DNA of 63,997 bases, filler included, from Octopus bimaculoides (lineage: Eukaryota): assembly GCF_001194135.2 (NCBI RefSeq). It is 9 parts of 9 records of this genome, joined end to end, with 100 filler letters (N's around TTAATTAATTAA, not from the genome) between each part and the next. Parts side by side here need not be neighbours in the genome. Positions count along the whole stretch, not along the records: positions 9,302 to 22,533 come from NC_068981.1; positions 22,634 to 38,386 come from NC_068984.1; 7 more parts are not named here. One strand, 5' to 3'. This document shows, one piece after another, positions 13,501 to 26,285 of the stretch (position 1 is its first letter; the number at the start of each line of letters is the position of its first letter). The notes beneath the pieces are model-generated. The model was not told the DNA's origin. It was given only the letters and a program-made list of their open reading frames with translations, and did no database searches. A program made the position numbers and the translations under genes.

Positions 13501-13609
13501 ATTATTATATTATATTGTTAAGTCATTATTTTCCAATTGATTTGCATTTTATTTCATCTTCCAAGTAGGTCTCAACCAGAGACCTAAGGCAGATATATAT
13601 TAGGTGGAA

Positions 13610-13880
13610 AAAAAAACTTCCTAAGAAGGTGGATGGGTGACATCAGTACAAATTTTTGAGCCTTGTAGACTGTCAGTTTCCCAGAAATCTGGTCAAAAAA
13701 TTTGTTGGTACCTTTCTTGGTCATTCCCAGGGCACCCACAACAACAGGGATGGTTTTCGTTTTTAATTGCCATGTCCTAGATATCTCAATCTCAAGGTCC
13801 TTGTATTGTGACAGTTTTTCAAATTCCTTGTCTGAGACGTTCCTATTAGTAGGGGTTGTCATATCAAATAACAGGCTATT
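13610..13880 (-). pseudogene. R4/Dong-like non-LTR retrotransposon C-terminal restriction-like endonuclease remnant
   Basis: LLFDMTTPTNRNVSDKEFEKLSQYKDLEIEISRTWQLKTKTIPVVVGALG...LLRK fits the RLE C-terminal pattern (KExEKxxKYxDL...PVVxGALG). Confidence 0.75.
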
Positions 13881-14194
13881 ATTATTAAAATCATTATTAT
13901 TAAAAATAAAGAAATTATTATTATCATTATTGAGTGAGAGAGCTGTGCATGCCATCAAAGTGACACTGGAGTGAAATATACGAAGCCCAGTACACCCATC
14001 ATGACTAATCGTCTGATAAGAGTACACCAGGCACGTGCATCCCAACCATATGTGCACAACATGGTAATCTCGTATCAAGATAAACAGTGCATGACCTTGT
14101 AGGTGGAGCCCAGTTAGAATTTTCTTCAGGTCAAGTATTCCATCCTGTTCAAAAGGTCCCTGAAAGATAATGATTATTATTTGCTTGTTTCTGT

Positions 14195-14444
14195 CATTGG
14201 ATTGCAGCCTGTTGGGGTACCACATTGAAGGGCTTAGTCAAACAAAACAATCTCAGTACTTTGCTTTTAAAACCTGCTACTTGTTCTATCAGTATGTTTT
14301 GCTGAATTGCTAAGTTATGGGGATATAAACAAGCCAACATTAGTTGCCATGCAGGGGCAGGGAGGACAAACACCCCCACGCCCACCCACCCCCACATGCA
14401 CACCATGCATGCACATGCACACACACACACGCACACACACACAT

Positions 14445-14487
<43 letters not shown>

Positions 14488-14640
14488 GTGCTTTATTCAG
14501 TTTCTGTCTACCAAATCTACATACAAAGCTTTAGTTGACCTGGGGTTGTAGTATAAAACACTTGCCCAAAGTGCTGTGCAAGTGGACTGAACTCAGTCAT
14601 ATATTTGAGAAGCAAGTGTCTTAACCAGACCGTGATGCCA
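14195..14640 (-). mobile_element. SINE with internal (CA)n
   Basis: Reverse complement of the 8512-type family. Confidence 0.7.
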
Positions 14641-14719
14641 GCATCTATTGTATATTATTATTATTGTTTTTGTTGTTGTTGTTATTTCATCATCATCATC
14701 ATCACCATTATTATATTTT

Positions 14720-15780
14720 TCGCTTCACGAAGCTACATTACCTGAACTTTCTGTATCCTTACAGCTCTTTCTTATTCTGATTCTTTCATATTCTTCTACA
14801 GCCATTCCATTCATCAGGCTCAAGTTATATAATAAACTACATCAACGAGTATTTAGTATGCATTGCATAAGATCCTCTGCTTTCATTTACCATTGCTCTT
14901 TATAATGCAGTTCAACACCCCTAATGTATTCACCACGTCATTAGGTTCTTCAGGCAGTGAATAGCCCTTTTGTTGTTATGCAGCTGCAGAATCAGTTGCC
15001 ATTACACAGCACTGATTATTGAAAGAGGTGACTTTGCTCAATTCCACTCTCAACCACTGATTATTAGGTTCTTTTAGTAATAGACTACAATGTGTCATAG
15101 TTTGCCATCTATAAAGTATTGATACATATAAAACCAAAGTTGTTTGTTGGCATGTCAACCACACCATTATATATCTTTGTGCAGCATCCATTGGTTATAT
15201 AATGCATGTTTCACACCCCATTAAACCCATGCCTACTCTTTTTCCTGAATGCAGAACAAAGTTATCTTTCTGTTTCTAAGAAATTACCAAAGCCATAACT
15301 ACTGATTAAGAGCTTACCTTCTTACATCCTTAATTCTTTTTAATTCTTGGCTCGATGTCATATTTCAGAGTTTCTCTCTCAATTTTCTAGTGAGCACCAG
15401 CTAGCCATCTGCATACACCAGTTCCCATGGGCATCTAGCTCTGAATTTAATGTGAATACTTCAATTTCCATATATTTCTACTTCTTCAATAATATAACTG
15501 TTTGCTCATTGCAAAACTAGATTATAATTTTCTGCTAAATTTGAGTACAGAATAAAGTAATCTGACACCACAGCTCTGCAGATAATGGAAAATGAAAGGA
15601 TAAAGGCTAGATTAATAGGACTGCCACTTGTCACAATTCTGCTGCCAGTGAAAATTTTCTTTCACATTTAATTTCTTTCTACATGGATAATGTCACAAGC
15701 TTCATCTGATACTCACCCATCAGTGATTTTTCACTTGCTACCATTAAGATTGCATGTATTCTTTAAGATGATAACTAACT
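14720..15780 (-). pseudogene. Decayed RTE LINE ORF2 (RT and C-terminus)
   Basis: Minus strand around 15400-15450 reads RARCPWELVYADG, a corrupted PWELLYADD motif; there are multiple stops and frameshifts. Confidence 0.7.
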
Positions 15781-16341
15781 TTTGCTACATTGATTAACAT
15801 ACCATTTTATAAAATACGCTTTATAAAATACGCTTTTATTTTGGTAGAGAATTCAACCTGCCAGATTCTTTACTTCCACTCATTTACACATCACACCTAT
15901 CTCTATCAAAACATGTTTTTAAGTAATTATTAATCTCCCATTCCCCACAGATATGTTGTATAAATTGTCTGTCCTGCTTCAACAACACACAACATTGTTT
16001 ACAAATAGGATTCCCTATCTGATGATGAAGTGTCATATAAATTTACCATGTCAGTAACTAAGACAGCTGTAGCTTACTGTTCAGGCAACAGAATTTAGTC
16101 ACCAGCTTAGAAATGTTGAAAAACATGAGTTATTGTTTAAACAACCAGCGACTGAAATGTTTGAGAAGATTTGTCACAGGAAGTGATACTCGTTATGGTT
16201 CCATCTCTCATTTAATGCTTTGTTGCATATTGTAATTCAATATTTTTGTGTAATAATCATTTTGTTAATATGTAGCAAAATGTAGCCTGTTTTTTTTTTT
16301 TTAATTTTACTTACTTATTTTTATTTGTTTCTGGTGATCAG

Positions 16342-16412
16342 ATGACTATTTCAAGCTGTCCAAAGCTTGCTATAATCATCAGCTGCAGGGCGTTATTGAT
16401 GCTTACTGCTGG
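16342..16412 (+). CDS. Candidate exon (MTISSCPKLAIIISCRALLMLTA or DYFKLSKACYNHQLQGVIDAYCW; frame unresolved)
   Basis: Long T-rich tract then gatcag| acceptor; two frames are open to a |gtagtt donor. Confidence 0.4.
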
Positions 16413-17259
16413 GTAGTTTTCCACCAACTTGATATCATTCAATGACCAACTTTGAAGTGAAGTAGTGAATCGATCTAAAAACAGATATAATAAAATAAGA
16501 ACAGCCAAAAAATAGGAGAGAGAATCATTGTTGGTATTATCATAAAATATTGTGTTGTATCTATGAAGTGCTGTCAAAGTATTACATAGAACCAGTTCAT
16601 ATAATTGGTCAAGGACACAATACTGTTTCACTAACTTGATATGTACTGTCACCTCAGCCAATGATCAGAAAATGGACATTCAAAGGACAAATTATCCTCT
16701 CTTGTCAGAATACTTCTTCCTTTCTTTCACCTGTCAGTCTTGGAAACCTTTCAAAAAAAAAAAGTCATACGTAATGCCTTTCCTCACCTAACTCATAAAA
16801 AAGGTTTCAAAAATATTTCAAATCTACAACCTTGCATTTCTGAATTCATTTTCAATTATACTTGCATTTTTCTGGAGTGATAAAATGAATATCAGCAGTA
16901 TACTGTAGTCACATCACTTGACTGTACACAACCCCTGTTTTCAAATATGGACTTTGAACAGATTTTTTCACATGAAATGCATGTAACTGTTTCATACTTC
17001 CATATGTAACTAAAATTTACATCACTAACAGTTATAAAACATAGTACTTTCAAAGGGTATGAGAGGGCATTATCATTTTCTTCTTTATGTTTTTCTCCAC
17101 TGCAAAGTTGAGGATGACAAAGTTGATCAGGTACCATACAATCAACATAGCCAAGGGGTTCGTTTTTTTCATTGTATATCATGTCAATGATGTTACACAC
17201 TATATCATTGGAGGTGTATGCAGACATTGAAGGAAAACTACATAGGTACTACAAGGTAC

Positions 17260-17349
17260 AGGGTAATTTACTGCAATGATTAGTAGCTATACTGTAAAAC
17301 TTAGAGTTTTGTTGATCTGCAGTTCTGAGTTCAATTCTTCTCAGGGCAA

Positions 17350-17386
<37 letters not shown>

Positions 17387-17563
17387 TAATAATCCTTTCT
17401 AATATAAGCACAATCCTGAAATTTCAGGGGTGGGGTTAAGTTGATTACATCAACCCCAGTGCTCAACTAATACTTATTTTATCAATCCTGAAAGGATGAA
17501 AGGTAAAGTCGACCATGATGGAATTTGAACTCAGAACGTAGCAATGGATGAAATGAAATAATA

Positions 17564-17623
<60 letters not shown>

Positions 17624-17830
17624 GTTTCAGATTTTGGCACAAGGCCAGCAAATTTTGGGGGAGGAGTAAGTCGATTGTTTTGATCCCAGTGCTCAACTGG
17701 TACTTATTTTATCAACCCCAAAAGGATGAAAGGCAAAGCCAACCTCAGCAGAATTTGAACTCAGAATGCAAAGATGGACACAATGCCAAGTGTGCTAATG
17801 AAAAGCCAGCTTGCCACCTTAATAATACTA
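17260..17830 (-). mobile_element. SINE cluster with (AAT)n tails
   Basis: Two reverse-orientation copies (about 17405-17545 and 17625-17820) plus a partial + copy. Confidence 0.7.
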
Positions 17831-18354
17831 TAATAATAATAATAATAATAAAGCTACATAAGGCAGAGCAGCTTTCCATCTGAATCAAGATTTATATCTT
17901 ATCTGTGTAATGGTACAGCAGTTGAAAAGGTGTGAGGTTGAGTATTGGCCATATGGATCCTTGTGATTTGGAAAACTAGGTTATTTTATCACCTCTCCCA
18001 TCACTAATTCTGACACCATAGGCATCTGTGAAATTCCCCAGCATCCTCTTATTCTTCCAAACTCTTCACTTCCACATGGCAAATGAGAACAGCTGCTTTG
18101 TCCAGAGAACTTCTTTCTGCCTATTTCTAATTATGTTTCTATTTTAATTGTTGACACTTGTATTGCAAATGTGTGTGTGTGCGTGTGTGTGTGTGTGTTT
18201 ACCAATGCGTGCTAGGAGTGTCATGACCGCATTAAATTTCATTAACCTAAAGACATATCAATCAGCATGCACCATAAATCAGCAAATTAAATACATTTTA
18301 AGCATACATGTTATCAACTGTTCAAAAACATCCTTAGACAACAACACTCACTTC

Positions 18355-18572
18355 TTAACTCTTTAACATTTAAACAGGCCATATCCATCCCAAATATTCT
18401 ACCTCTTGTATATTCAACTTGACCAGGTCCAGCATCTTACACCCACCCTACAACAATATCATTCTGAAAGTAAACCATTATATCATCAAAATCTTGAAGC
18501 TTTGACATAATGTATGATTAATTCCAAACAATGTGAATAACTAAGCATTATATTTGAATGCTAAATGGTTTA
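18355..18572. mobile_element. Degenerate piggyBac-like MITE
   Basis: Left end ttaa-ctctttaacatt, right end gaatgctaaatgg-tt(t)a; resembles TTAA-flanked CCCTTTAGCATT-type termini. Confidence 0.45.
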
Positions 18573-18616
18573 TATATATATATATATGTCTGTATGTATA
18601 TATGTGTGTGTGTATG

Positions 18617-18850
18617 AGGGCGGTGAGCTGGTAGAATTGTTAGCATGCCAGGTGAAATGCTTAGCTGTATTTCATCGGCTGTCATGTTCTGAGTTCAAAT
18701 TCCACTGAGGTCAACTTTGCCTTTCATCCTTTCAGGGTCGATTAAATAAGTACCAGTTACGCACTGGGGTCGATGTAATCAACTTAATCTTCTTGTCTGT
18801 CCTTGTTTGTCCCCTCTATGTTTAGCCTCCTGTGGGCAATAAAGAAATAA
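18617..18850 (+). mobile_element. Near full-length SINE with a LINE-like 3' tail (tgtgggcaataaagaaat)
   Basis: Head ggcggtgagctgg, B-box gagttcaaattcc, tail ttgtctgtccttgtttgtcccc...caataaagaaataa. Confidence 0.8.
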
Positions 18851-19009
18851 ATATATGTGTGTGTGTATGAAATGCTGTGATCATTATTATCTGTGCATTG
18901 TCATTGCATTCCTTCTGTTAAACAACCAAAATCTGTCATATGGCTATGAGTAAATGCTTCTAAACTTTTTTCATGGGGAAACAGGTTTTGCTTTCTTACA
19001 TCGTTTATC

Positions 19010-19400
19010 TTTTACTTGTTTAAGTCACTTGACTGCGATCATGCTGGGACATCACCTTCAAGGGTTTTAGTCAAACAAATCAACCCCTGGACATTTTGTT
19101 GCTTTTAAGCCTAGTACTTATTCTATTGGTCTTTTGTCAAACCATTAATTTATGGGGACATAAACACCAATTCCTGTTGTCAAGTAGTGTTGTGGGACAA
19201 ATACAGACACAAAGATGCACACACATAGATACACACACGTGTGTATGTCTGTGTGTATCTGATGGGCTTCTTTTATTTTTGCTCTACCAAAACCACTGAC
19301 AAGGCATTGGTTAGCTTGAGGCTATGGTAGATGATACTTGCCTAAGGTGCCATACTGTGAAATTGAACCTGGAACCGTGTGGTTGTGAAGGAAGTTTCTT
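19010..19400 (-). mobile_element. SINE (8512-type family), CpG-eroded
   Basis: Reverse complement of the family consensus with CG to TG/CA changes. Confidence 0.7.
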
Positions 19401-19495
19401 ACCATACAGCCATTCCTACATGTGTATTTACTATTAATATTTACTTGACATTAATTAGTAGTGATTGAGATTTGATTTATTCTTTATTACTTCAG

Positions 19496-19545
19496 TAATG
19501 AGACCAAGATGCAGACCATATGTCCAAAGATATGTGCTTAATCAT
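19496..19545 (+). CDS. Candidate exon (MRPRCRPYVQRYVLNH)
   Basis: Acceptor ttctttattacttcag|, donor |gtatgt; phase 1-to-0 fits the exon at 25165. Confidence 0.5.
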
Positions 19546-19639
19546 GTATGTATGTGTGTATGTATGTATGTATGTATGTATAAACAAGATCATGATCAAT
19601 ATTTTAATATTTGTTTTTTCTGAGTTATCATTGGCTCCA

Positions 19640-20200
19640 CAGGTTTGCTACACAGAAATTTTACCATCTGTCTTGATATTTTGTCATGTCTTATGTGAGA
19701 TCCAATACTATGTGGTCTGATCACCATCACCCCTGTTTTACTGCTAGGAGCTCTCTTGGTCTTTCTCAAGTATGAATAACCTATACCATAACACAACAAA
19801 ACATTTAACCAACACTTCTCATCCATTCACACACTATCACAGTTATCTCCCTTGTACACTATGGCTGATGTCTTTGAAACAATTTTGTTTGTTTTCATTC
19901 ACATGTGCTCTGCCTTTCTTGCAACTTAACATTTAACATCCAATATATCATGTGTACCTCATTTATCTTCCACATTTCACTGCCCATGTCTCATTATCAT
20001 ATGCAATGCCATAATTCTTAAATATACTTCATGCATTCTACTTTCTCATGCACAGACAAACCTTTCACTGCCAACTGAGGTATTGACTTCCAGGATTCTT
20101 GCCTCCTTCTCTTATGATACCAACTAAGCTACTTTCTGTTAAAACTACATCCAGTACTAGTCAGATCACCTATGTGACAGAAACCATTAACTATTTCCAT
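19640..20200 (-). pseudogene. Decayed RTE LINE ORF2 fragment
   Basis: Minus strand VNGFCHIGDL...SWKSIPQLAVKGLSVHEKV...NETWAVK resembles the RTE FCYLGD / KGxSL / SETW region. Confidence 0.6.
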
Positions 20201-22184
20201 AAAGAGGTTTTGCTTGAGTTTGTACAATCTCCATTGTAATGCTATATATGTACACACTGTTTTACAGCCAATCTTCTACATCACAAAACTAACATTATTC
20301 ATTTCATTTTTATTTATTTTATTTTATTCTATTTATTTATCGGAAGCCTTGCCTATTGCTAGCCTTTTAAATGATGAAGTAGGAGTGGAACTGGTTCTTT
20401 TGTTTAGTCAAACAAACTGGAGTTAGCATAATTAGATTCCTTGCTGAAGGATACAAGAAAATTATAGATATGGTCTATTCAATGGGCATCATTACAGTTT
20501 CCATTTATCCAAATTCATTCACAAGGCTTAGGTTGGCTTGAGGTTATGATAAATGCACCTGCCCACAATGCCTTGCTGTGGGATCAAATTTGGGATCTTG
20601 TAGTTGCAAAGTGAATTTACTAACAATTTTGTCGTGTGTGTACATTTTATTTTCATATTATACTCCAGGAGTAGGGACTCTACACCTGACATTTGAAAGT
20701 ATACCTTAACTGGTGAAGCTGATGCAGATTAAAGGGAAAGCATGGTTTAAGTGGAAGTGATAGGGAGTTCACTTCTAAAGATACTTATTAAAGGCTTTAG
20801 TACAAAGTTTTCAAGGTAAAAATAATACTCTAGGATTGACAAGAAGTAAGGCAGAGAAATTGGTGTTAGAGTACACCCTGCTAGTTTAAAGGAGCAGGCA
20901 CTATTTGTGAAGGATTATAGTTTGTTAGTAAATATTTGCCAATTAGTCACATGCGTACATACATGCTTGCACGTATGCATACCAACTGGTTTCACTCATT
21001 TTGCTAATCATAACTGAGCAGTTTGTGATGTTGTTTTAATTCTATGCTACTTAGTCAACTATGTAAAAATTTTATTTCATAGATAAATTAATTTTAGTAC
21101 ATTTTCCTTATTATTCTTTTCTATAATTCACCACATGGAGTTTTCTCAAACTTTTTAACTGTGTGTGTGTGTGTGTGGGAGTGGAGGATCCTTGTATCCT
21201 TTTGTGAGAATTTCGTCTAACATGATTGTGTGTAGCATCTACTCTGTACTTTGGCTGTACTCTAGTTTGAACACTTGTACTTTGCATAGTGTGAAATTCT
21301 TCAGAAATGGTGGTAGTTTCTGAAACTAAAGTGAAATGTTTGAGTGTATTTCGATTGTTGTTGAATAAATCTTGGTAGTTATATAAGGGATCATTTTAAG
21401 ATCATTATTATTCTTAGAAGTATTTTGATGGATTTTGTTTATGTTTAAGAGATGAAAATAGAGTGAATGTGAAATATCATCTGTGTTTGAATATGTGGGT
21501 TGACGAAGTAACAGCAAGCAGGTTGCTAATGTAGCGGAAGAAGGCTGTCTGAGATCACTAAACCCAAAGATAGCCCTGTTATATTAGCTTTGACCTAATA
21601 GTTTGACTGGAAACTTCCAAACCAATAGAGGAGAAATGTGTGGAGTACTTTGGTTGTAAGTTTAGCTAGGAGATTTGTCTTGTAAAACATGGCTGGAAGT
21701 TTTACTGATATCAAAAGTAGTTAAAATGCTACTATTGGGTTGAATTGAGTGAACACCACCAGAACTGGTCCCATGATTGGGCTGAAACATCCATAGAGGT
21801 TACTGTGTAGCTCCTGCACTTGTTCACTGTACAGATAGAATCAAAATGATAGTATGATGATTGTGATATTGATAGGAGGAAAGCGAAGAGGATAATGATG
21901 CCCAGGAGCTTGATCATATAATCATATTGAAAGTAAAAATGATTATACGAATTAATTACAATAATGATTGCTAACATAGTCACAATGACACATATTTTGG
22001 TGAAGGTATAGTCTATGCAGAAATTAATACATAAAGCCTGATTTTCACTGTACAATTATTCTACAACTAATAAAGGCTTTGTATTGTATAATCCGACTGT
22101 TCTGGAGGATGAAATCAAAGCTAACTTCAACAGAATATTCACTGAGAATTTAATAGGATGTAGCAAGATAAAGCAATTAAGAGT

Positions 22185-22533
22185 ATGAAGACCGGGAAAG
22201 CCCCCGGCCCATCAGGAATCACTGCAGAGATGCTCAAAATATCTGGCAGTGTTGGCTATAGCCTAGTCACCCGTATTACGAACCAGGTGATACACGAAGG
22301 AGTCATACCCTATGACTGGTGTAGCAGCATCATAGTCAACTGCTACAAAGGTAAAGGGGACGCTTTAGATACAAATAATTACAGAGGCATCAAGCTGTTA
22401 GATCAGGTTATGAAAGTTACAGAGAGGGTCATAGCCCAACTAATTAGGGAGCGAATCAATTTAGATGAGATGCAGTTTGGGTTCGTGCCAGGTAAAAGCA
22501 CTACTGATGCCTTATTTCTAGTGAGACAGTTGC
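22185..22533 (+). mobile_element. RTE-clade LINE reverse transcriptase, N-terminal part (open frame, cut by an assembly gap)
   Basis: KTGKAPGPSGITAEMLK...IPYDW...YKGKGDALDTNNYRGIKLL...QFGFVPGKSTTDALF are canonical non-LTR RT domain 0-2 motifs. Confidence 0.9.
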
Positions 22534-22633
22534 NNNNNNNNNNNNNNNNNNNNNNNNNNNNNNNNNNNNNNNNNNNNTTAATTAATTAANNNNNNNNNNN
22601 NNNNNNNNNNNNNNNNNNNNNNNNNNNNNNNNN

Positions 22634-22856
22634 TATGTGTGTGTATATGTGTGTGTGTGTTTGTCCTGCCAACATTGCTTGACGACCGATGCTGGTGTGT
22701 TTACTTCCCCATAACTTAGCGGTTCGACTAAAACGACCGATAGAATAAGTACTAGGCTTACAAAGAATAAGTCCTGGGGTCGATTAGCTCGACTAAAAGG
22801 TGGTGCTCCAACATGGCCACAGTCAAATGACTGAAACAAGTAAAAGAGTAAAAGAG
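22634..22856 (+). mobile_element. SINE 3' half with (taaaagag)n tail
   Basis: Near-identical to 8640-8837. Confidence 0.8.
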
Positions 22857-23230
22857 GTTTCTGTATTTCGAAATAAAGCTAGTAGACAACTTGTTTCTAA
22901 AGTTACCTCATGACTAGTGAGGCAGGAATGCTTTGTGTTGTGTTTACTGCAATAAATAAAAATATCTTCAAATTTTGGCACATGGCAAGCAATTTTGGGA
23001 GTGGGGTGTGTCAAATTACATTGACCATCATTACTCAACTGGTACTTAATTTATCGAACTTGAGAGGATGAAAGGCAATTTTAACTTCAGAACAATTTGA
23101 ACTCAGATTGTACAGATTGATGTAATGTCGTTAAGCATCATGCTCTGCTTACTAATAATTCTGCCAGTTTTCCTACTTAGAATAAATAAAAAATATTGAA
23201 ATGAAATCAAAATATTACAAGTTAATAAAA

Positions 23231-23576
23231 GAACACAGTTCTATATTTAACAGATGAGTAATTATTTACATTATTTACATTTGACGGATATTTGTCCTCA
23301 TCTTGTTTGTTGTTAACACAGCGTTTCAGCTGATATACCCTTCAGCCTTCATCAGGTGTCTTGGGGGAAATTTCGAACCTGAGTTCTTATTCCTAAGGTA
23401 TTTTTTGATATTATTATTATTATTATTATTATTCAGGTCACTGCCTGGAATCGAACTCAGAATCTTAGGGTTAGTAGCCTGCGCTCTTAACCACTACACC
23501 CACGGGCATATGGCATAGTGGCTAAGAGTACGGGCGACTAACCTCAAGGTTCCGAGTTCGATTACAGGCAGTGACT

Positions 23577-23612
<36 letters not shown>

Positions 23613-23760
23613 TCGAAAAATACCTCAGGAATGAGAACCCAGGTTCGATATTTCCCCAAGACACCTGATGAAAGCTGAAGGGTATATCAGCCGAAACGTT
23701 GTGTTAACAACAAACAAGATGAGGACAAATATCCATCAAATGTAAATAATGTAAATAATG
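23231..23760. mobile_element. Head-to-head inverted pair of tRNA-headed, hammerhead-containing retroposons (fold-back A)
   Basis: Arms 23261-23495 and about 23508-23759 are reverse complements. A box TGGCATAGTGG (23511), B box GAGTTCGATT (23554); hammerhead motifs at 23660-23705 (+) and 23315-23360 (-); (tgtaaataa)n tails. Confidence 0.85.
23660..23705 (+). ncRNA. Minimal type I hammerhead motif
   Basis: GACAC-CTGATGA-AAGCTG AAGGGTATAT CAGCC-GAAA-CGT-T-GTGTT. Stem I is GACAC/GTGTT, stem III is the palindrome ACGT, the triplet is GUU, and there is one extra A after the CUGAUGA box. Confidence 0.65.
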
Positions 23761-24029
23761 TTAGTAAAAGAATCACTGCTGATCTAAGTAGCAGAATGTT
23801 GATAGTATATGTCTGAACAAGAGTTCAAATGAATTAAAATTTTTGAATGACTTGTAAATCAAGATAATTCTCTGCTGTTCATTCGTATTTGGTAAGATCA
23901 AAGAAAATTAATTAGGTGTGATTATAAGTATTTAATAATATGCTCATTGTCATGGAATATTTAATTAATTGTTGATTTAGGACAGATAATGAGAAGTAGC
24001 AATTGATATCGTAGTGGAGTTTCACAGCT

Positions 24030-24415
24030 ATTTTATATTTTGCTATATTTAGGGATGGTCATTTTGCCAATAAACATATGCTTTATTTATTTCATCTTCA
24101 CTTTAGCTTTATTATCAGTATTATTAGTTTATCTGTCGGAGTTCTTTTGTCCCACAGTCTGTGGCCCCTTCAGTGACCATCTGTTCTTCTCCATGTCTCT
24201 TCTTTACCCTGATTGGAATAGATAGGACACGACCAAAGAGAAGAAGGGACACAGAGAAGGAGAGGTCACTGAAAAGGCCACAAAATGTGTGATGAAAGAA
24301 CTATGACAAATAAACTAATAATAATAATAATAAAGCTAAAGTGAAGATCAAATAAATAGTGTATGCGTTTATTGGCAAAATAACCACCCCCAAATATAAC
24401 AATAACTAATTAATA
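24030..24415. mobile_element. Fold-back B with a degenerate hammerhead in each arm
   Basis: 24040-24200 is an imperfect reverse complement of 24240-24402. Right arm GTCA-CTGAAAA...GAAA-GAACT-A-TGAC; left arm (minus) GTCA-CTGAAGG-GGCCACAGACTGTGGGAC-AAAA-GAACT. Confidence 0.7.
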
Positions 24416-24589
24416 GCAACAGAAGCAGTATTAATACCAAATGGTAATCTTGATCTCCAATTTCATATAGAGGTTGTGTTAGAACACAGAATACTGCATT
24501 ATTTACTTTGAAAGAATTTCTCATTAAGGAGTTGTGGTACATAAAATTTTAGTCAAATAAACCAAATCTGTTATTTCTTTTCTTTTCTA

Positions 24590-24950
<361 letters not shown>

Positions 24951-25053
24951 GCCTACACCTGCATGTGTGCATGCATGTGTGTGTATGTGTGTGCATGTGT
25001 ATGTGTGTATGTGTATATTTACATATATGTATGTAAGTATGTATGGATGGATG

Positions 25054-25110
<57 letters not shown>

Positions 25111-25164
25111 GAGAAAAAAGCAACAATTACTAAAATAAGATTAGTGTGGCAAATAATCAATTAG

Positions 25165-25269
25165 AATGGGATGAGAATATTTGCACTACTGTTTGTACAA
25201 TGTTCTGCTGAAGTTGAATTAGAAGTTGTAAACCTTTGTGAACATTTATCATATTTTCAATGGACGATG
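25165..25269 (+). CDS. Candidate exon (NGMRIFALLFVQCSAEVELEVVNLCEHLSYFQWTM)
   Basis: 105 nt open frame between caattag| and |gtatct; phase 0-to-0. Confidence 0.5.
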
Positions 25270-25938
25270 GTATCTCGCTCTGCTTTAATACTCACATACA
25301 CACTTATATTGACATCTATGATGTGCAAGCACCTGTTAAATATGTTGTCCCATGATTATCAGCACACTCATAAACATGCTTACACAAACACATGCACACA
25401 GATACATACTCACACACACATATGACATATGTATATACAAATAAATATATGTGTGCGTGTGTGTATATATATATATATATATGTTGATATATGTGTTTGT
25501 GTATGTATGCATGAAAGAAGTGACTTTAGTTTGATTTACTGAGCTGGTAGCTGTGTATGAATACACTCACATAATACACTTACAAGCATAAACATATGCA
25601 TGCATAGTATATATACATTAGTATGGATGTAAATTTGTATATATGCATGTATGTATTTTCAGCATGCATATGTATGGGAATGTATAGATTCATATATTTG
25701 TGTTCATTCATGTCAGTGTACTTGTATGCATTTGCATATTAATGTATATGTATTTATGAACATATAAAACTTTTGAAGGGGCACCAGACACTCACAAATA
25801 TACTGACATACACAAACACTCATGTATATATATATATATATATAAATATTTGATTCCCTTTTTCTCTCACTCTATATATATGTGTGTGTATAAATACACA
25901 TACATATATATGCATATATGTGTCTACATAATTATTTG

Positions 25939-25970
<32 letters not shown>

Positions 25971-26069
25971 TATATATGTGTGTATACACATATAATCAAT
26001 GAAGATAGGGATATATATTTAAAAATACGTATGCGTTCATATAATTTATGTGCATTCATAAACACACAC

Positions 26070-26100
<31 letters not shown>

Positions 26101-26173
26101 CATACACACACATATATATGTATGTTTATTTATATATAAATATAAATATATATATGCATATATTTATTTATGC

Positions 26174-26210
<37 letters not shown>

Positions 26211-26285
26211 GTGTGTGTTGTGTATGAGTGTATATGTGTGTGTGTAAAGGTACCAAACTATATGAAGTGTATACAGATTTTATAG

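Noticed and set aside
14976-15191. 71-aa minus-strand ORF as a host exon
   Set aside because: It lies within a decayed RTE LINE remnant.
16338-17227. Minus-strand ORFs of 107 and 111 aa
   Set aside because: No recognisable motif; they overlap + strand splice signals and are more simply explained as antisense to exons or intron.
23504-23576. tRNA gene
   Set aside because: It has A and B boxes but an imperfect cloverleaf and continues into a repeat body, so it is a SINE head.
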